Shown here in pieces: positions 9,593 through 19,454 of a DNA stretch of 64,000 bases (positions are counted from its first letter, which is position 1; the number at the start of each line of letters is the position of its first letter). The notes beneath the pieces are model-generated. The model saw only the letters and a list, made by a program, of their open reading frames with translations, was not told where the DNA came from and made no database searches. Origin of the DNA: Candidatus Woesearchaeota archaeon. Lineage in GTDB: Archaea; Nanobdellota; Nanobdellia; Woesearchaeales; WAPY01. A program made the translations under genes and the position numbers. The DNA lies in contig JBNAUL010000001.1 of the NCBI GenBank assembly GCA_049700835.1, positions 370,043-434,042 of the forward strand, given 5' to 3'.

Positions 9593-10246
9593 ATGTTAAA
9601 GGAGATTTATCCTGGAATATTTAGGCAGGGGAAGAAATTATACACAAAGAACTTGGTTAATGGTTCTGTTTATGGAGAGGAAATTCTAAATCTTGAAAAC
9701 ATTGAATACAGGTTTTTTGATCCTTTTAGGAGCAAATTCGCAGCAGCAGTTTTGAAAGGATTGAAAAGCCCTTTGAGAGAGGACTCTATAATGCTTTACC
9801 TAGGAGCAGCCTCAGGGACTACTATCTCTCATATTTCAGATATTCTTAGTAAGGGATTTGTTTATGGAGTTGAATTCTCAAAGAGGGTTGCTTCTCAGCT
9901 CTACATTATTGCAAGAAAGAGAAAGAATATGGCTGTGTTGTTGAAAGATGCAAATAATCCAGAGAACTATTCTTGTTTTTTGTCACAAGTTGATTTTCTG
10001 TATGTAGATATTGCGCAGAGAAATCAGTACGAAATCTTTGTCAAGAACGCTTCAATGTTTTTAAAGGAAAAGGGGTTTGGGATGCTCTGCATAAAAGCAA
10101 GGAGCATAGATGTCACAAAAAAACCAAAAGAGATTTTTAAGAAAATAATAGAAAAATTAATGCAGGACAATTTTGAAGCAATTGGCAGTTTCTTGCTTGA
10201 GCCATTCCAGAAGGACCATTGCTTTATATTGGCAAGAAAAATTTAG
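9593..10246 (+). CDS. flpA: Fibrillarin-like rRNA/tRNA 2'-O-methyltransferase
   Basis: VYGE, RSKFAAA, LYLGAASGTTISHISD, DIAQ, IKARSIDVT. Confidence 0.95.
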   Translation: MLKEIYPGIFRQGKKLYTKNLVNGSVYGEEILNLENIEYRFFDPFRSKFAAAVLKGLKSPLREDSIMLYLGAASGTTISHISDILSKGFVYGVEFSKRVASQLYIIARKRKNMAVLLKDANNPENYSCFLSQVDFLYVDIAQRNQYEIFVKNASMFLKEKGFGMLCIKARSIDVTKKPKEIFKKIIEKLMQDNFEAIGSFLLEPFQKDHCFILARKI

Positions 10247-11466
10247 TCCTTTAATTGTTCAAAGAATTTAAGAAAATTTTCATATGTTTTTTTTATTCCA
10301 AAAATATTTGGATTGTCCTTTTGCTGTTTGTCTCTTTTTATTGTTTCATCAATTATCTCCAATAGAAGTTTTGTTCCCTTTGAGGCAAAATTTAATTTTT
10401 TCTTATCAAGAACATTTTGGTCTTTATTTTCGTATTTTAACTTAGGGTTTTCATCGTTTCTTTTCAACAATTCTTCAACCCTTGTTTCAAGGTAAATGAA
10501 GTCAAGAGCTTCCTTGACATTCTTAAAACATATTTTCAGCATCCAATTTGGCAGGTTTGTTGTTGTCTTGAATATGCTGTAATAAGCATCTATTGTTTTA
10601 AAGCTTTTTTCAAGCTCTTTTTCCTTCGAAACCTTTTCTGATTCTGAAAACACTCTCAGCTCGTTTAGGAGATTTTCCTTTTTTTCAGAATCAAAGAAGA
10701 GCATTGATTCAAGTTTAGATTTCAGTTTTGATGTTCTTTCTTTGAAATAATCAGGATTGTATGAGCTTGTCATCTTAAGGTATTCAAATTCTGTTTTCAG
10801 GTTTGAGCATAGAGTAAGTTCAACAACCTCTGACTGAAACTGCTCATAGAGTTTAAGTAATAAGTTGCTGTTCTCTCCAAGCTTAGTGCAATTCTCAAAT
10901 ATTTCTTTTACATTATCCTGATTTTTAAGTTCAGAGATATAAGGGAATAACTTTGTGCACAAGGAGCTGTATCTGCTGATTTCGCAAAGGGTCAATCTTA
11001 AACTATCAATTTCATTCTTAGCATATATTGCTTCACAATTTTCTTTTTTATTATTTTCCTGCTTTAATCCCTGTTCAACTCCTCTTATATTCTTAAGCAG
11101 TTCTATTTTGTTTTTTATTTCCTTGTTTCTTTCAGCATTGTCAAGCTCATCAATCTTTGAGGCTATTTCAGAAATCCGATCATTCACATAATGCTCGTCG
11201 CTGCTCTTTACAAGCCCAAGCAGATAAATCTCTAAATTAATTCCCCTGTAAATCAAGTTTTCCAGGATTTCTGATTTTAAAATATTGTTCAATCTAAAGA
11301 GAAAATCATTTATGTTCTTGCGCATAAAGGAATCCAACTTAAAATCTTTGTTCTCTAAGCAGGAGAGCTCAGAAATCATTCTATCAGCAGAAAGAAGTTC
11401 TTTTCTGAGTAGTTCAGGGTTGTTTGCAATCTTTTCAATTTCCTTGGACTCGTAATTCTCTGGCAT
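10243..11466 (-). CDS. Hypothetical helical protein
   Basis: 407 aa Glu/Lys/Leu-rich ORF with no recognisable motif. Confidence 0.7.
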   Translation of the reverse strand: MPENYESKEIEKIANNPELLRKELLSADRMISELSCLENKDFKLDSFMRKNINDFLFRLNNILKSEILENLIYRGINLEIYLLGLVKSSDEHYVNDRISEIASKIDELDNAERNKEIKNKIELLKNIRGVEQGLKQENNKKENCEAIYAKNEIDSLRLTLCEISRYSSLCTKLFPYISELKNQDNVKEIFENCTKLGENSNLLLKLYEQFQSEVVELTLCSNLKTEFEYLKMTSSYNPDYFKERTSKLKSKLESMLFFDSEKKENLLNELRVFSESEKVSKEKELEKSFKTIDAYYSIFKTTTNLPNWMLKICFKNVKEALDFIYLETRVEELLKRNDENPKLKYENKDQNVLDKKKLNFASKGTKLLLEIIDETIKRDKQQKDNPNIFGIKKTYENFLKFFEQLKD

Positions 11467-11612
11467 AATGCTTGCAATGATGTTTTAATATTTAATCTTT
11501 TCTATTAATCACTACTTGAGGATTATAAAATTTTGCATGAACAAAAAATAGAACTTTAATTTTTTGATTTTAATCATAAATTTTATTAATCCAAAACTCT
11601 TTCTCTTGAAAA

Positions 11613-13100
11613 ATGATAAAGTTTTACAATACCTTGACAAGGAAGTTAGAAGTTTTCAGACCTTTGAAGGACAAAGAGGTTGGTTTTTACAGCTGTGGGC
11701 CAACTGTATATAATTTTGCTCACATAGGAAACTTCAGGAGTTTTGTTTTCTATGACTTGCTAAAGAGGTATCTCAAATACAGGGGTTTTAAGGTAAAACA
11801 TGTGATGAATATTACTGATGTTGACGATAAAACAATAAGGAATTCCAAAAAAGAAGGAGTTTCTTTGAAAGAATTTACTGAGCGCTACACAAGATACTTT
11901 TTAGAGGACCTAAAAACAATGAACATAGAATTGCCAGACATAATGCCAAAAGCAACAGAGCACATAAAAGAAATGGTAGAACTCGTTAAAAAATTGATTG
12001 AAAAGGGCTATGCATACAAGGCAGAGGACAATTCTGTTTATTTTAACATATCAAAGTTTAAGGATTATGGGAAGCTTTCCCATTTGGATATTAAAAGTTT
12101 AAAAGCAGGTGCAAGAGTAAACTTAGATGAATACACAAAAGAGAATGTTCAGGATTTTGCTCTATGGAAGTCCTATACAGAAGAAGATGGAAATGTTTTT
12201 TGGGAAACAGAAATCGGCAAGGGAAGGCCTGGCTGGCATATTGAATGTTCTGCAATGTCCATGAAGTATTTGGGAGAGACATTTGATATCCACACAGGAG
12301 GGATTGATTTAGTATTTCCGCATCACGAAAATGAGATAGCGCAGAGCGAGGCAGCAACAGGAAAAAAATTTGTAAATTACTGGCTTCATTCAGAATTTCT
12401 GCTTGTTAATGGTAAGAAAATGTCAAAATCATTGGGGAACTTTTACACCTTAAGAGATGTTCTAAAAATGGGTTATAATCCAATGGCAATAAGATACTTG
12501 TTACTTTCAACCCACTACAGGCAGCAGTTGAACTTTTCTTTTGATGCATTGAAATCCGCTGAAAATAGCGTTGAAAGAATGTACGAATTTGCAAGGAATT
12601 TATTAGAGATCATTGACAGAAAAGAGAGAAGAAAAATTGGCAGCGAAGCAAGGGAACTTTTAAGAAAAACAAAAAAGGAATTTGAAAAATTCATGGACAA
12701 CGACTTAAAAATATCAGAAGCGTTATCTGTAATCTATGATTTTATGTCCAATGCCAACAAATTAATCTCTGAGAATAGATTGAATTCAAAGGAAGCAAAA
12801 AAGATGCATGAGTTTATCTTAAAGATAGACGAGGTTTTAGGGCTTAGAATAAATGAGGTAAAGAGCCCTGAACTCTTAACAAAAGAGCTTGAAAGCAACG
12901 AAGAGGAATTAAAAGAACTTTTAAACAGGATGAAAAACAACGGTTTTGACGAAGAACTTGCTAGAAGAATAATTATGATTAGGAACTACTTTAGAAACAA
13001 AAAGAATTTTGAACTCTCTGATTTCATAAGAAATGAACTTTCAGGGCTAAAGATCGTGCTAAGCGATACAAAAGACGGTACAAAATGGTATAGAAAATAA
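11613..13100 (+). CDS. cysS: Cysteine--tRNA ligase
   Basis: CGPTVY, HIGN, GRPGWHIEC, FPHHENE, KMSKS. Confidence 0.97.
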   Translation: MIKFYNTLTRKLEVFRPLKDKEVGFYSCGPTVYNFAHIGNFRSFVFYDLLKRYLKYRGFKVKHVMNITDVDDKTIRNSKKEGVSLKEFTERYTRYFLEDLKTMNIELPDIMPKATEHIKEMVELVKKLIEKGYAYKAEDNSVYFNISKFKDYGKLSHLDIKSLKAGARVNLDEYTKENVQDFALWKSYTEEDGNVFWETEIGKGRPGWHIECSAMSMKYLGETFDIHTGGIDLVFPHHENEIAQSEAATGKKFVNYWLHSEFLLVNGKKMSKSLGNFYTLRDVLKMGYNPMAIRYLLLSTHYRQQLNFSFDALKSAENSVERMYEFARNLLEIIDRKERRKIGSEARELLRKTKKEFEKFMDNDLKISEALSVIYDFMSNANKLISENRLNSKEAKKMHEFILKIDEVLGLRINEVKSPELLTKELESNEEELKELLNRMKNNGFDEELARRIIMIRNYFRNKKNFELSDFIRNELSGLKIVLSDTKDGTKWYRK

Positions 13101-13114
13101 TCGCAAAACAAAAT

Positions 13115-13555
13115 TCACTTTTTCAACTCCTTGCAAATCCTTTCCTTAAAAATTTTCATTTCTCCTTCTTCATAAGTTCCTTGAGGCCACAATCTTAAAC
13201 CGTCACCATAGTATCTTGGTATTATGTGAAAGTGCGCATGCTTTACTTTCTGCCCAGCAGCTTCGTAACTATTTATGCTTATGCTTATACCATCAGCATT
13301 AAGTGCTTTTTTAAGAGCAATCGCAACTATCTTCACAACTAATACAACTTCTTTTAGGATATCATTAGGAATGTCAAGAATTGTTTCAAAATGTTCTTTT
13401 GGAATTACAAGAGTATGACCTTTGTTTACAGGTGCTATGTCTAAAAAAGCAAGAACCTTCTCATTTTCATAAACCTTATAACTGTTTGTTTCATTCCTTG
13501 CAATCTTGCAAAAAATGCAGTTATCAGCTGAACTTATTGAACTCATTGAACTCAT
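13115..13555 (-). CDS. HIT family nucleotide hydrolase
   Basis: CIFCKI, GHTLVIPK, HAHFHIIPR. Confidence 0.93.
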   Translation of the reverse strand: MSSMSSISSADNCIFCKIARNETNSYKVYENEKVLAFLDIAPVNKGHTLVIPKEHFETILDIPNDILKEVVLVVKIVAIALKKALNADGISISINSYEAAGQKVKHAHFHIIPRYYGDGLRLWPQGTYEEGEMKIFKERICKELKK

Positions 13556-14061
13556 GATTTTGGAAATGCATCTGTTTTATAAAAAGATTTTTGTTTTTTT
13601 GAACATATGCAAATAAAAATACAATTTTTAATACTCTTGTGAAATTCATGGTATCTGCAATAAACCTACTTCCCTACACAATTGGAAATGATTATTGAAC
13701 TATGCTTTCAAAAGAATTTAAAAAGAATGCCAAGCAAAATGGAAGTGGTATTTTGCATGCAAGGTTGCATGCAATTAGCCTCTAATGAAAAAAGCTCTAA
13801 GGTTGCACTTCTGTTTGGAAAAAACAGTTGCCTAATAAAAATATAAAAAATATAAAACTAAAATGTTATTGTAAGGAATTGTTGCAGCAAATAAACCTTG
13901 CAGAATTTTTTAATCCTTGCTTTTCTTCTCTTCTTTGTTTTATAAAAACCAAAAACAAAAACTTTATAAGCAACCTGCTTTAACCACTTAAGCATAATTT
14001 TTTAAAATTATTATTTTAAAAAGTCCAAAATAATCATAAAACAATGTAATCATAAAAAACA

Positions 14062-15081
14062 ATGCGTGACTGCAAAATGAACTCTGAGTTAGAATTCAAG
14101 GTTTTTTACGACGAAGCTGCAAGGAAACCATCTGAAAATGTGGCAGTGAACGAATATTTCAGGAAAATGATTGAAGGGAATGCGTGCAGTTTTGTAGCAA
14201 GGATTTATAAAAACAGTAAAGGAGTAATCTTGGGCACAAATCAGAGCATAGAAGACATTAATCTTGATTATTGTTTGGAAAATAATTATGAAATTTTGAG
14301 AAGGGAAACTGAAGGAGGAGCACTAGTTTTGGATGAGGATTCTGTTCTAAGTTATTCTTTGTTTTTTAGAAAGTCAATAAACAACCACGCTTCGCCAACA
14401 GACTACTGCAAATTATTTCTTTTAGCTTTAACAAAGAACCTTAATGAAACGCAAAAAGGAAAAAATTCTGAAAAATTGGAATTCACGGTCAATGGTGACT
14501 ACTATATAAAATACTCAAAAAACAATGGCTCCTGCCTGAAAAAAGAAGAGATTCCATTGCAAAGGCATTTCTTTTATGAAAAAGATTATGTTATAGAACT
14601 GGATGCATATGTCAATGTTAAAAAGCCAAATGTTGATACAATCTCAAAAATTCTGAAATTGAGAGAGCTTTACTCAAAGAACGGGAACAAAATAATTTTG
14701 GCAGGCAATGAAGTTTATGATTTAAAAGGAAACAAATTGGATATAAGCCCAGAAGAGTTGAGAAATAATTATTCTTTAAAGAGGAGCGAAATAAAAGAAC
14801 TTGGGATAATGGAAGGGCTTGAAGAGCTTTCTATTAAAGAGGAATTCTTAAACGCACTGTTAAAAACATTCAAAGAAACATTCAATACAGAAATAGTAAG
14901 AGATGAAAGAAACATATTTTATTTTGATTATTCCATAAACACTAATGCATTTAACATTAACTCTGATTTTTTAGAGCGAAATCTTGGGCACTCCTTTGTT
15001 GATTTGTTGTGCCAAGAAAAACCATTCAGAAAAAACAATAAGAACCACAATAAGAACCGCAAGACGCTATGCAAGAAATAA
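14062..15081 (+). CDS. Divergent lipoate-protein ligase (BPL/LplA/LipB)-like protein
   Basis: ENVAVNE, VILGTNQS and ILRRETEGGALV match the LplA N-terminal motifs; the catalytic K-x-x-G is not found. Confidence 0.6.
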   Translation: MRDCKMNSELEFKVFYDEAARKPSENVAVNEYFRKMIEGNACSFVARIYKNSKGVILGTNQSIEDINLDYCLENNYEILRRETEGGALVLDEDSVLSYSLFFRKSINNHASPTDYCKLFLLALTKNLNETQKGKNSEKLEFTVNGDYYIKYSKNNGSCLKKEEIPLQRHFFYEKDYVIELDAYVNVKKPNVDTISKILKLRELYSKNGNKIILAGNEVYDLKGNKLDISPEELRNNYSLKRSEIKELGIMEGLEELSIKEEFLNALLKTFKETFNTEIVRDERNIFYFDYSINTNAFNINSDFLERNLGHSFVDLLCQEKPFRKNNKNHNKNRKTLCKK

Positions 15082-15112
15082 AACAAAATGCAAAAATAGC
15101 AAGCATTCATTC

Positions 15113-15126
15113 AAAAACTTTATATA
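15113..15126 (+). promoter_or_regulatory. BRE/TATA promoter for a leaderless gene
   Basis: AAAAACTTTATATA about 24 nt before ATG 15151. Confidence 0.55.
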
Positions 15127-15150
15127 TCAATCTTTAAATTAATCATTATA

Positions 15151-15717
15151 ATGGTTTATACAATCAAACTAGATCAGGTTGAATTCCGTTACAAGCATGT
15201 TGCCCCTATAAAACCTTTATATGAAACTCTAAAGGACTGGTTCATGGAGCACGACTATAAAGATCCTTATGGAGGGGAGAGCTACTTAGAGACATTGTAC
15301 TATGTTGATGAGTCACAATACGGTCATAATTATTGGATTTGGTGGAGGGCTTTCAAGAATATAAATTCTCAGATAAGGTTTGCGCTTAGTTTTGACATGC
15401 TTGGGTTAGCAGTAGAGGATGTTCAAGTTGTTTGGCAGGGAAAGAAATACAAGGCACAAAATGGAGAGTTCACATTTTTCATAAATGCAAGGATTGAAGT
15501 TGATTATAAAAATCAGTGGGAAAAAACCCCAATCATAAAGCCATTTATAGAAATAATGCTAAAGAGAGTTATGAAAAAGGACTTGGAAGCTTACAAGAGA
15601 GTTCTTGAAAGGGATATGAGGGAATTACACGCATTTATAAAAACATACTATATGGCTCCTCAATTCGTAAAGGAAAAGGAGAGTTATCATCCTCTTAGAG
15701 GTTATGGTTATGCTTAG
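15151..15717 (+). CDS. Uncharacterised protein, paralog 1 of 3
   Basis: Aligns by eye with 17549-18058 and 18133-18678. Confidence 0.8.
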   Translation: MVYTIKLDQVEFRYKHVAPIKPLYETLKDWFMEHDYKDPYGGESYLETLYYVDESQYGHNYWIWWRAFKNINSQIRFALSFDMLGLAVEDVQVVWQGKKYKAQNGEFTFFINARIEVDYKNQWEKTPIIKPFIEIMLKRVMKKDLEAYKRVLERDMRELHAFIKTYYMAPQFVKEKESYHPLRGYGYA

Positions 15718-15913
15718 TGCTTAGTTTGGCTTAATTATGACGCTTGATTGGAATATTATTTTTAGCATTCGTTTAATCAAAATAAACAAAAATTTTATAA
15801 ATAGCTTGTTTTTCTAAAAATCAAACAAACTCTAATTTAGAGTTTGCAGTTAATTTATATTTTGCATCGCTACTTTGATTGCCTTATTGTCTTATTACCT
15901 TATTGCTTTCATC

Positions 15914-15986
15914 GCCTCCGTAGCTTAGTAGTTATAGCGGCTGACTTGTAATCAGCAGGTCGGGGGTGCGACTCCCCCCGGAGGCT
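15914..15986 (+). tRNA. tRNA-Thr(TGT)
   Basis: Acceptor GCCTCCG/CGGAGGC; anticodon arm GCTGA-CTTGTAA-TCAGC; T arm GGGGG-TGCGACT-CCCCC; no intron, no encoded CCA; followed by a T tract. Confidence 0.93.
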
Positions 15987-16039
15987 TTTTTGTTTGTTCT
16001 AACGCAAGCATTATAAATATTAAAAAACTCTTTCTGCTC

Positions 16040-16918
16040 ATGAACAGGGAATTTTTTATAAAGAGATATGAAGAGATTGGAGGGAAATTTGTTGAGATAA
16101 CACTAAAAAATTCTTTTAGAGCAAACGCATTAAAGATTGGAATTGAGGAACTTGAACAGAGATTAGCAAACAAAGGGGTTAAACTTGAGAGGATAAAATT
16201 TGTAAATAACGGCTTCTATTACAAGAGCAGTTTTTCTCTTGGGGTAACAACAGAATATCTTTTAGGTTATTATTATTTGCAAGAAGCAGCTTCAATGGTT
16301 CCTGCAGAAGTTTTAAATCCTAAAAAGCAGGATTTGGTTTTGGACATGGCTGCTGCTCCTGGCTCAAAAACAACGCAACTGTCTGAAATCATGGGCAACG
16401 AGGGGCTTATAATTGCTGTTGAAAAGAATTCAAAGAGGGCAATTGCTCTTGAAAACAACATTGAAAGAATGGGATGCAAAAATATCTGCATAATAAACAA
16501 GAACATTTTGGACTTCAAATCAAAAGTTCTTTTTGATAAGATACTTTTGGATGCTCCATGTTCAGGCAACTATGCCGATGAAGACAGATGGTTTGAAAAG
16601 AGGGACTTAAAAGGAATCCTAAAAAATTCAGAATATCAAAAAAAACTTGTAAGGAAAGCATACGATTTGCTTAAGGAAAACGGAATTTTGGTTTATTCAA
16701 CATGTTCTTTGGAGCCAGAAGAAGATGAAGAAGTCGTTGATCATGCTCTTAAAACAGGTTTCAAAATTTTGCCAATAGAAAAGAAGATTGGAGATAATGG
16801 CATAACATCCTTTGGAAAAAAGGTTTTTGATGATAAAATAAAATTGGCGCGAAGGTTTTGGCCCTATGTAACAGGAACTCAGGGCTTTTTCATTGCAAAA
16901 CTAAAAAAAGGAAGTTAA
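16040..16918 (+). CDS. RsmB/NOP2/NSUN family RNA m5C methyltransferase
   Basis: QEAASM, DMAAAPGSKT, LLDAPCSG, YSTCS. Confidence 0.93.
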   Translation: MNREFFIKRYEEIGGKFVEITLKNSFRANALKIGIEELEQRLANKGVKLERIKFVNNGFYYKSSFSLGVTTEYLLGYYYLQEAASMVPAEVLNPKKQDLVLDMAAAPGSKTTQLSEIMGNEGLIIAVEKNSKRAIALENNIERMGCKNICIINKNILDFKSKVLFDKILLDAPCSGNYADEDRWFEKRDLKGILKNSEYQKKLVRKAYDLLKENGILVYSTCSLEPEEDEEVVDHALKTGFKILPIEKKIGDNGITSFGKKVFDDKIKLARRFWPYVTGTQGFFIAKLKKGS

Positions 16919-16919
16919 T

Positions 16920-17489
16920 ATGATAAGAGTGCTGAAAATTGATGATTTAGAAAGAGATTTAAAACCAATGTTGAATCTGCTTAAGGATTTAGGAATAAAA
17001 GAATATAATAAATTAATCAGAGAAATCTTGAAAGAAAATTCAGCAGAGAATAGGATTATAGTTATTGAAAAAGATTCAAAACGCGAAGAGATTTTTTTAG
17101 CATCAAGCAAGAATTTGGAATTGATTTTAAAAAATATTGGAGACGAGATGCTAAGTTTTGGATTAAAGATTGGAGAAATAAGGGTTGGAAAAATAAGAAA
17201 GGATTTTATTCCAGCAAGAGAATTTTTAGAGTTCCTACTTAAAAAATCTGATTTCAAAATAAATCATCTTATTGTCAATGAAAAATCAGAATGGTTGTTC
17301 ATATGCAAAAGAGATTTATTCTCTAAAGGAATTGCAAAAGAAAACAGGATTTTTGGAAATTCATTTTTGATTTTGAACAAAAACAAAGAGTGTTTGGGCA
17401 TAGGAAGACAAGGATTTTTTAAAAACAAGAGAATTGTAAAAAACATTTTTGACATCGGAGATTTTCTTAGAAGGGAAAGAGCGCATTGA
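16920..17489 (+). CDS. NIP7-like PUA-domain ribosome biogenesis protein
   Basis: EWLFICKRDLF and C-terminal DIGDFLRRE; directly follows the NOP2-type gene. Confidence 0.7.
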   Translation: MIRVLKIDDLERDLKPMLNLLKDLGIKEYNKLIREILKENSAENRIIVIEKDSKREEIFLASSKNLELILKNIGDEMLSFGLKIGEIRVGKIRKDFIPAREFLEFLLKKSDFKINHLIVNEKSEWLFICKRDLFSKGIAKENRIFGNSFLILNKNKECLGIGRQGFFKNKRIVKNIFDIGDFLRRERAH

Positions 17490-17548
17490 ATCAAAATTAA
17501 TCTCCTGTTTTTTATTTTTATATACTTTAATATGTTTTTATGCTTAAC

Positions 17549-18058
17549 TCATTCAAACCTGTACTTGTAAAGGTTCAAATAAGATTTTATGGTGCTTATC
17601 AGTCCTTGGGAATCCTCCTTTAGTTTTTCTTCAAACCCGTCTATGTATCCTTTATAGATATACTTGTCAAAAACAACTCTTAAGAAATAGTAGAAAGGAG
17701 TAGTTTCCCATCTGTTTTCGTAATCTGTATTCAGGAAAGCATCGAGAACTATGTTCAATTCTCCTCTCTGCATGTGAATTTTTTTGCCTTTTTGTTCTAT
17801 AACAACATCTTTAAGGTTGTATATGGTTATGTAAATCCTGATTTCGTTCTTGACATAATCAGTTACTTTTTTCCAAGGCATAAGCTCAATCTCAACATAC
17901 TTGCCGTTTTCTGTAACATGCTCGTGATGCCTAAGCTCTCTCTTGTCATAGCCCTTCTCCCTGAAATACTTGTCAATAATTTGGTAGAGCTCTTCAACGC
18001 TGAAAATTCCATTGTATTCAATCTTTAACTGTTCCAATACAAGGTATTTTTCTGCCAT
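17549..18058 (-). CDS. Uncharacterised protein, paralog 2 of 3
   Basis: YNGIFSVEELY...KGY...DYENRWETTPF. Confidence 0.8.
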   Translation of the reverse strand: MAEKYLVLEQLKIEYNGIFSVEELYQIIDKYFREKGYDKRELRHHEHVTENGKYVEIELMPWKKVTDYVKNEIRIYITIYNLKDVVIEQKGKKIHMQRGELNIVLDAFLNTDYENRWETTPFYYFLRVVFDKYIYKGYIDGFEEKLKEDSQGLISTIKSYLNLYKYRFE

Positions 18059-18132
18059 TTTGCTTTTACCTTGCTCTTATGATTTAGTTTTTTATTTATG
18101 GTTTTTTTTGAGCATCTGTTGCTATTTTTATT

Positions 18133-18678
18133 TTAATAAAATGTTCCTGTTCCTTCCATCTCAAGATATCTTTTGACAGCATCAAAAAACCTTAAAATTT
18201 CATAGTATAGAGGATCCATGTGCTTGAAATCAAGTTCTTGTTTTATTACTGATTTCTCAAAAACGCTTTGGAGTTTAATTAGGAAAGGGCTTTTGTTCCA
18301 TCTTGATTCTCCAAAATCATCAGGATAACCTGTTTCTACTCTTCCAGAAAATGTTAGGATCATTCTCGCCTTTATCATCTTCTTTTTCTCGCCGTCCTTG
18401 ATGACTTCAACCTCATCAATAGGACTCTCTCCAGGACCATCTCCATATAGATGCATAACAACAGTTATTATGTGCCTTACATAAGCATCTGCCTTTCTCT
18501 TAGCTTCCCATTCAAACTCAATTTCAGCTGTCTTGTACTTCATAACTTTCTCATTAAATTCAAAGCCCTTCTTTTCAAGATACTCTACCATGAACTTGTA
18601 AAGCCCTTTTAAATCAAAAATTCCTCTATAGCGGAGAACTTCAAATAGTCCTGCTCTTGAAAAATCATAGGTTGTCAT
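18133..18678 (-). CDS. Uncharacterised protein, paralog 3 of 3
   Basis: YRGIFDLKGLY...KGF...RWNKSPF. Confidence 0.8.
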   Translation of the reverse strand: MTTYDFSRAGLFEVLRYRGIFDLKGLYKFMVEYLEKKGFEFNEKVMKYKTAEIEFEWEAKRKADAYVRHIITVVMHLYGDGPGESPIDEVEVIKDGEKKKMIKARMILTFSGRVETGYPDDFGESRWNKSPFLIKLQSVFEKSVIKQELDFKHMDPLYYEILRFFDAVKRYLEMEGTGTFY

Positions 18679-18828
18679 AACACCTTTTTTTTGCTTTTAT
18701 TTATATATACAATAAAATCTCTTTATTATTTAAAAATCTTTTTCTTATTTAAAATCTTTTTGTTATTTTGCAAATAATAGATTGAACTTCATAAATATTT
18801 TTAAATACAAAATTCTTTTTTTTAAACT

Positions 18829-19449
18829 ATGAAACAAAAAAAAGAGAGTGTTTCAAAAGAAAGCAAGGAAACAAAAAATGACAATCATGAGAATGGGTTC
18901 TCACAAAATATTTCTGAACTTAAAAACCAGGTTTGTCCAATATGCCACGAGAAAACACTGACGCTTACAGAATCAGAAACAGAGATTCCTTACTTTGGTT
19001 TAACATACTTGTTCAGCATGAATTGTTCAAACTGCAAATTTCACAAATCAGATGTTGAATCTGCAGAACAAAAACCTCCTGTCAGGTACAGCATAGATGT
19101 TTCTGGTGAGAATGATTTGAAGATAAGAGTTGTGAAGTCAAGCAACGCTACGCTGAAAATTCCTAGGATAGTTGAAATCACTCCTGGCCCTGCGTCAAAT
19201 GGTTATGTAACCAATATTGAAGGCGTGATAAAGAGAGTAAAGCACATGTTTGAAGCCCAAAAAGACATTGAAGAGGATAATGACAAAAAAAAGGAATACT
19301 ACAAGCTAATAAAAAAGCTCAACAGGGTTTTGTGGGGGAGCGAGAGCATAAAGATAATCATAGAAGACCCTTCTGGAAATTCCGCAATAATCTCTGAGAA
19401 GGCAAAGGTGGAGAAGTTAAAAATCCATGCGAAAGCACAATCCGAGTGA
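18829..19449 (+). CDS. ZPR1 zinc-finger domain protein
   Basis: CPIC...IPYFG...CSNC, RVVKSS, GYVTNIEG, DPSGNS. Confidence 0.92.
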   Translation: MKQKKESVSKESKETKNDNHENGFSQNISELKNQVCPICHEKTLTLTESETEIPYFGLTYLFSMNCSNCKFHKSDVESAEQKPPVRYSIDVSGENDLKIRVVKSSNATLKIPRIVEITPGPASNGYVTNIEGVIKRVKHMFEAQKDIEEDNDKKKEYYKLIKKLNRVLWGSESIKIIIEDPSGNSAIISEKAKVEKLKIHAKAQSE

Positions 19450-19454
19450 AGTTC

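Noticed and set aside
13530..13555. 9-bp tandem repeat at the HIT start (MSSMSSISS)
   Set aside because: Short local slippage with no evidence of function.
13688..13846. 52 aa Cys-containing ORF (MIIELCFQ...) in the long intergenic region
   Set aside because: No RBS or well-placed TATA and no motif; two of its Cys codons come from the palindromic repeat.
15952..16173. 73 aa minus-strand ORF
   Set aside because: Overlaps tRNA-Thr and the methyltransferase on the opposite strand; a shadow ORF.
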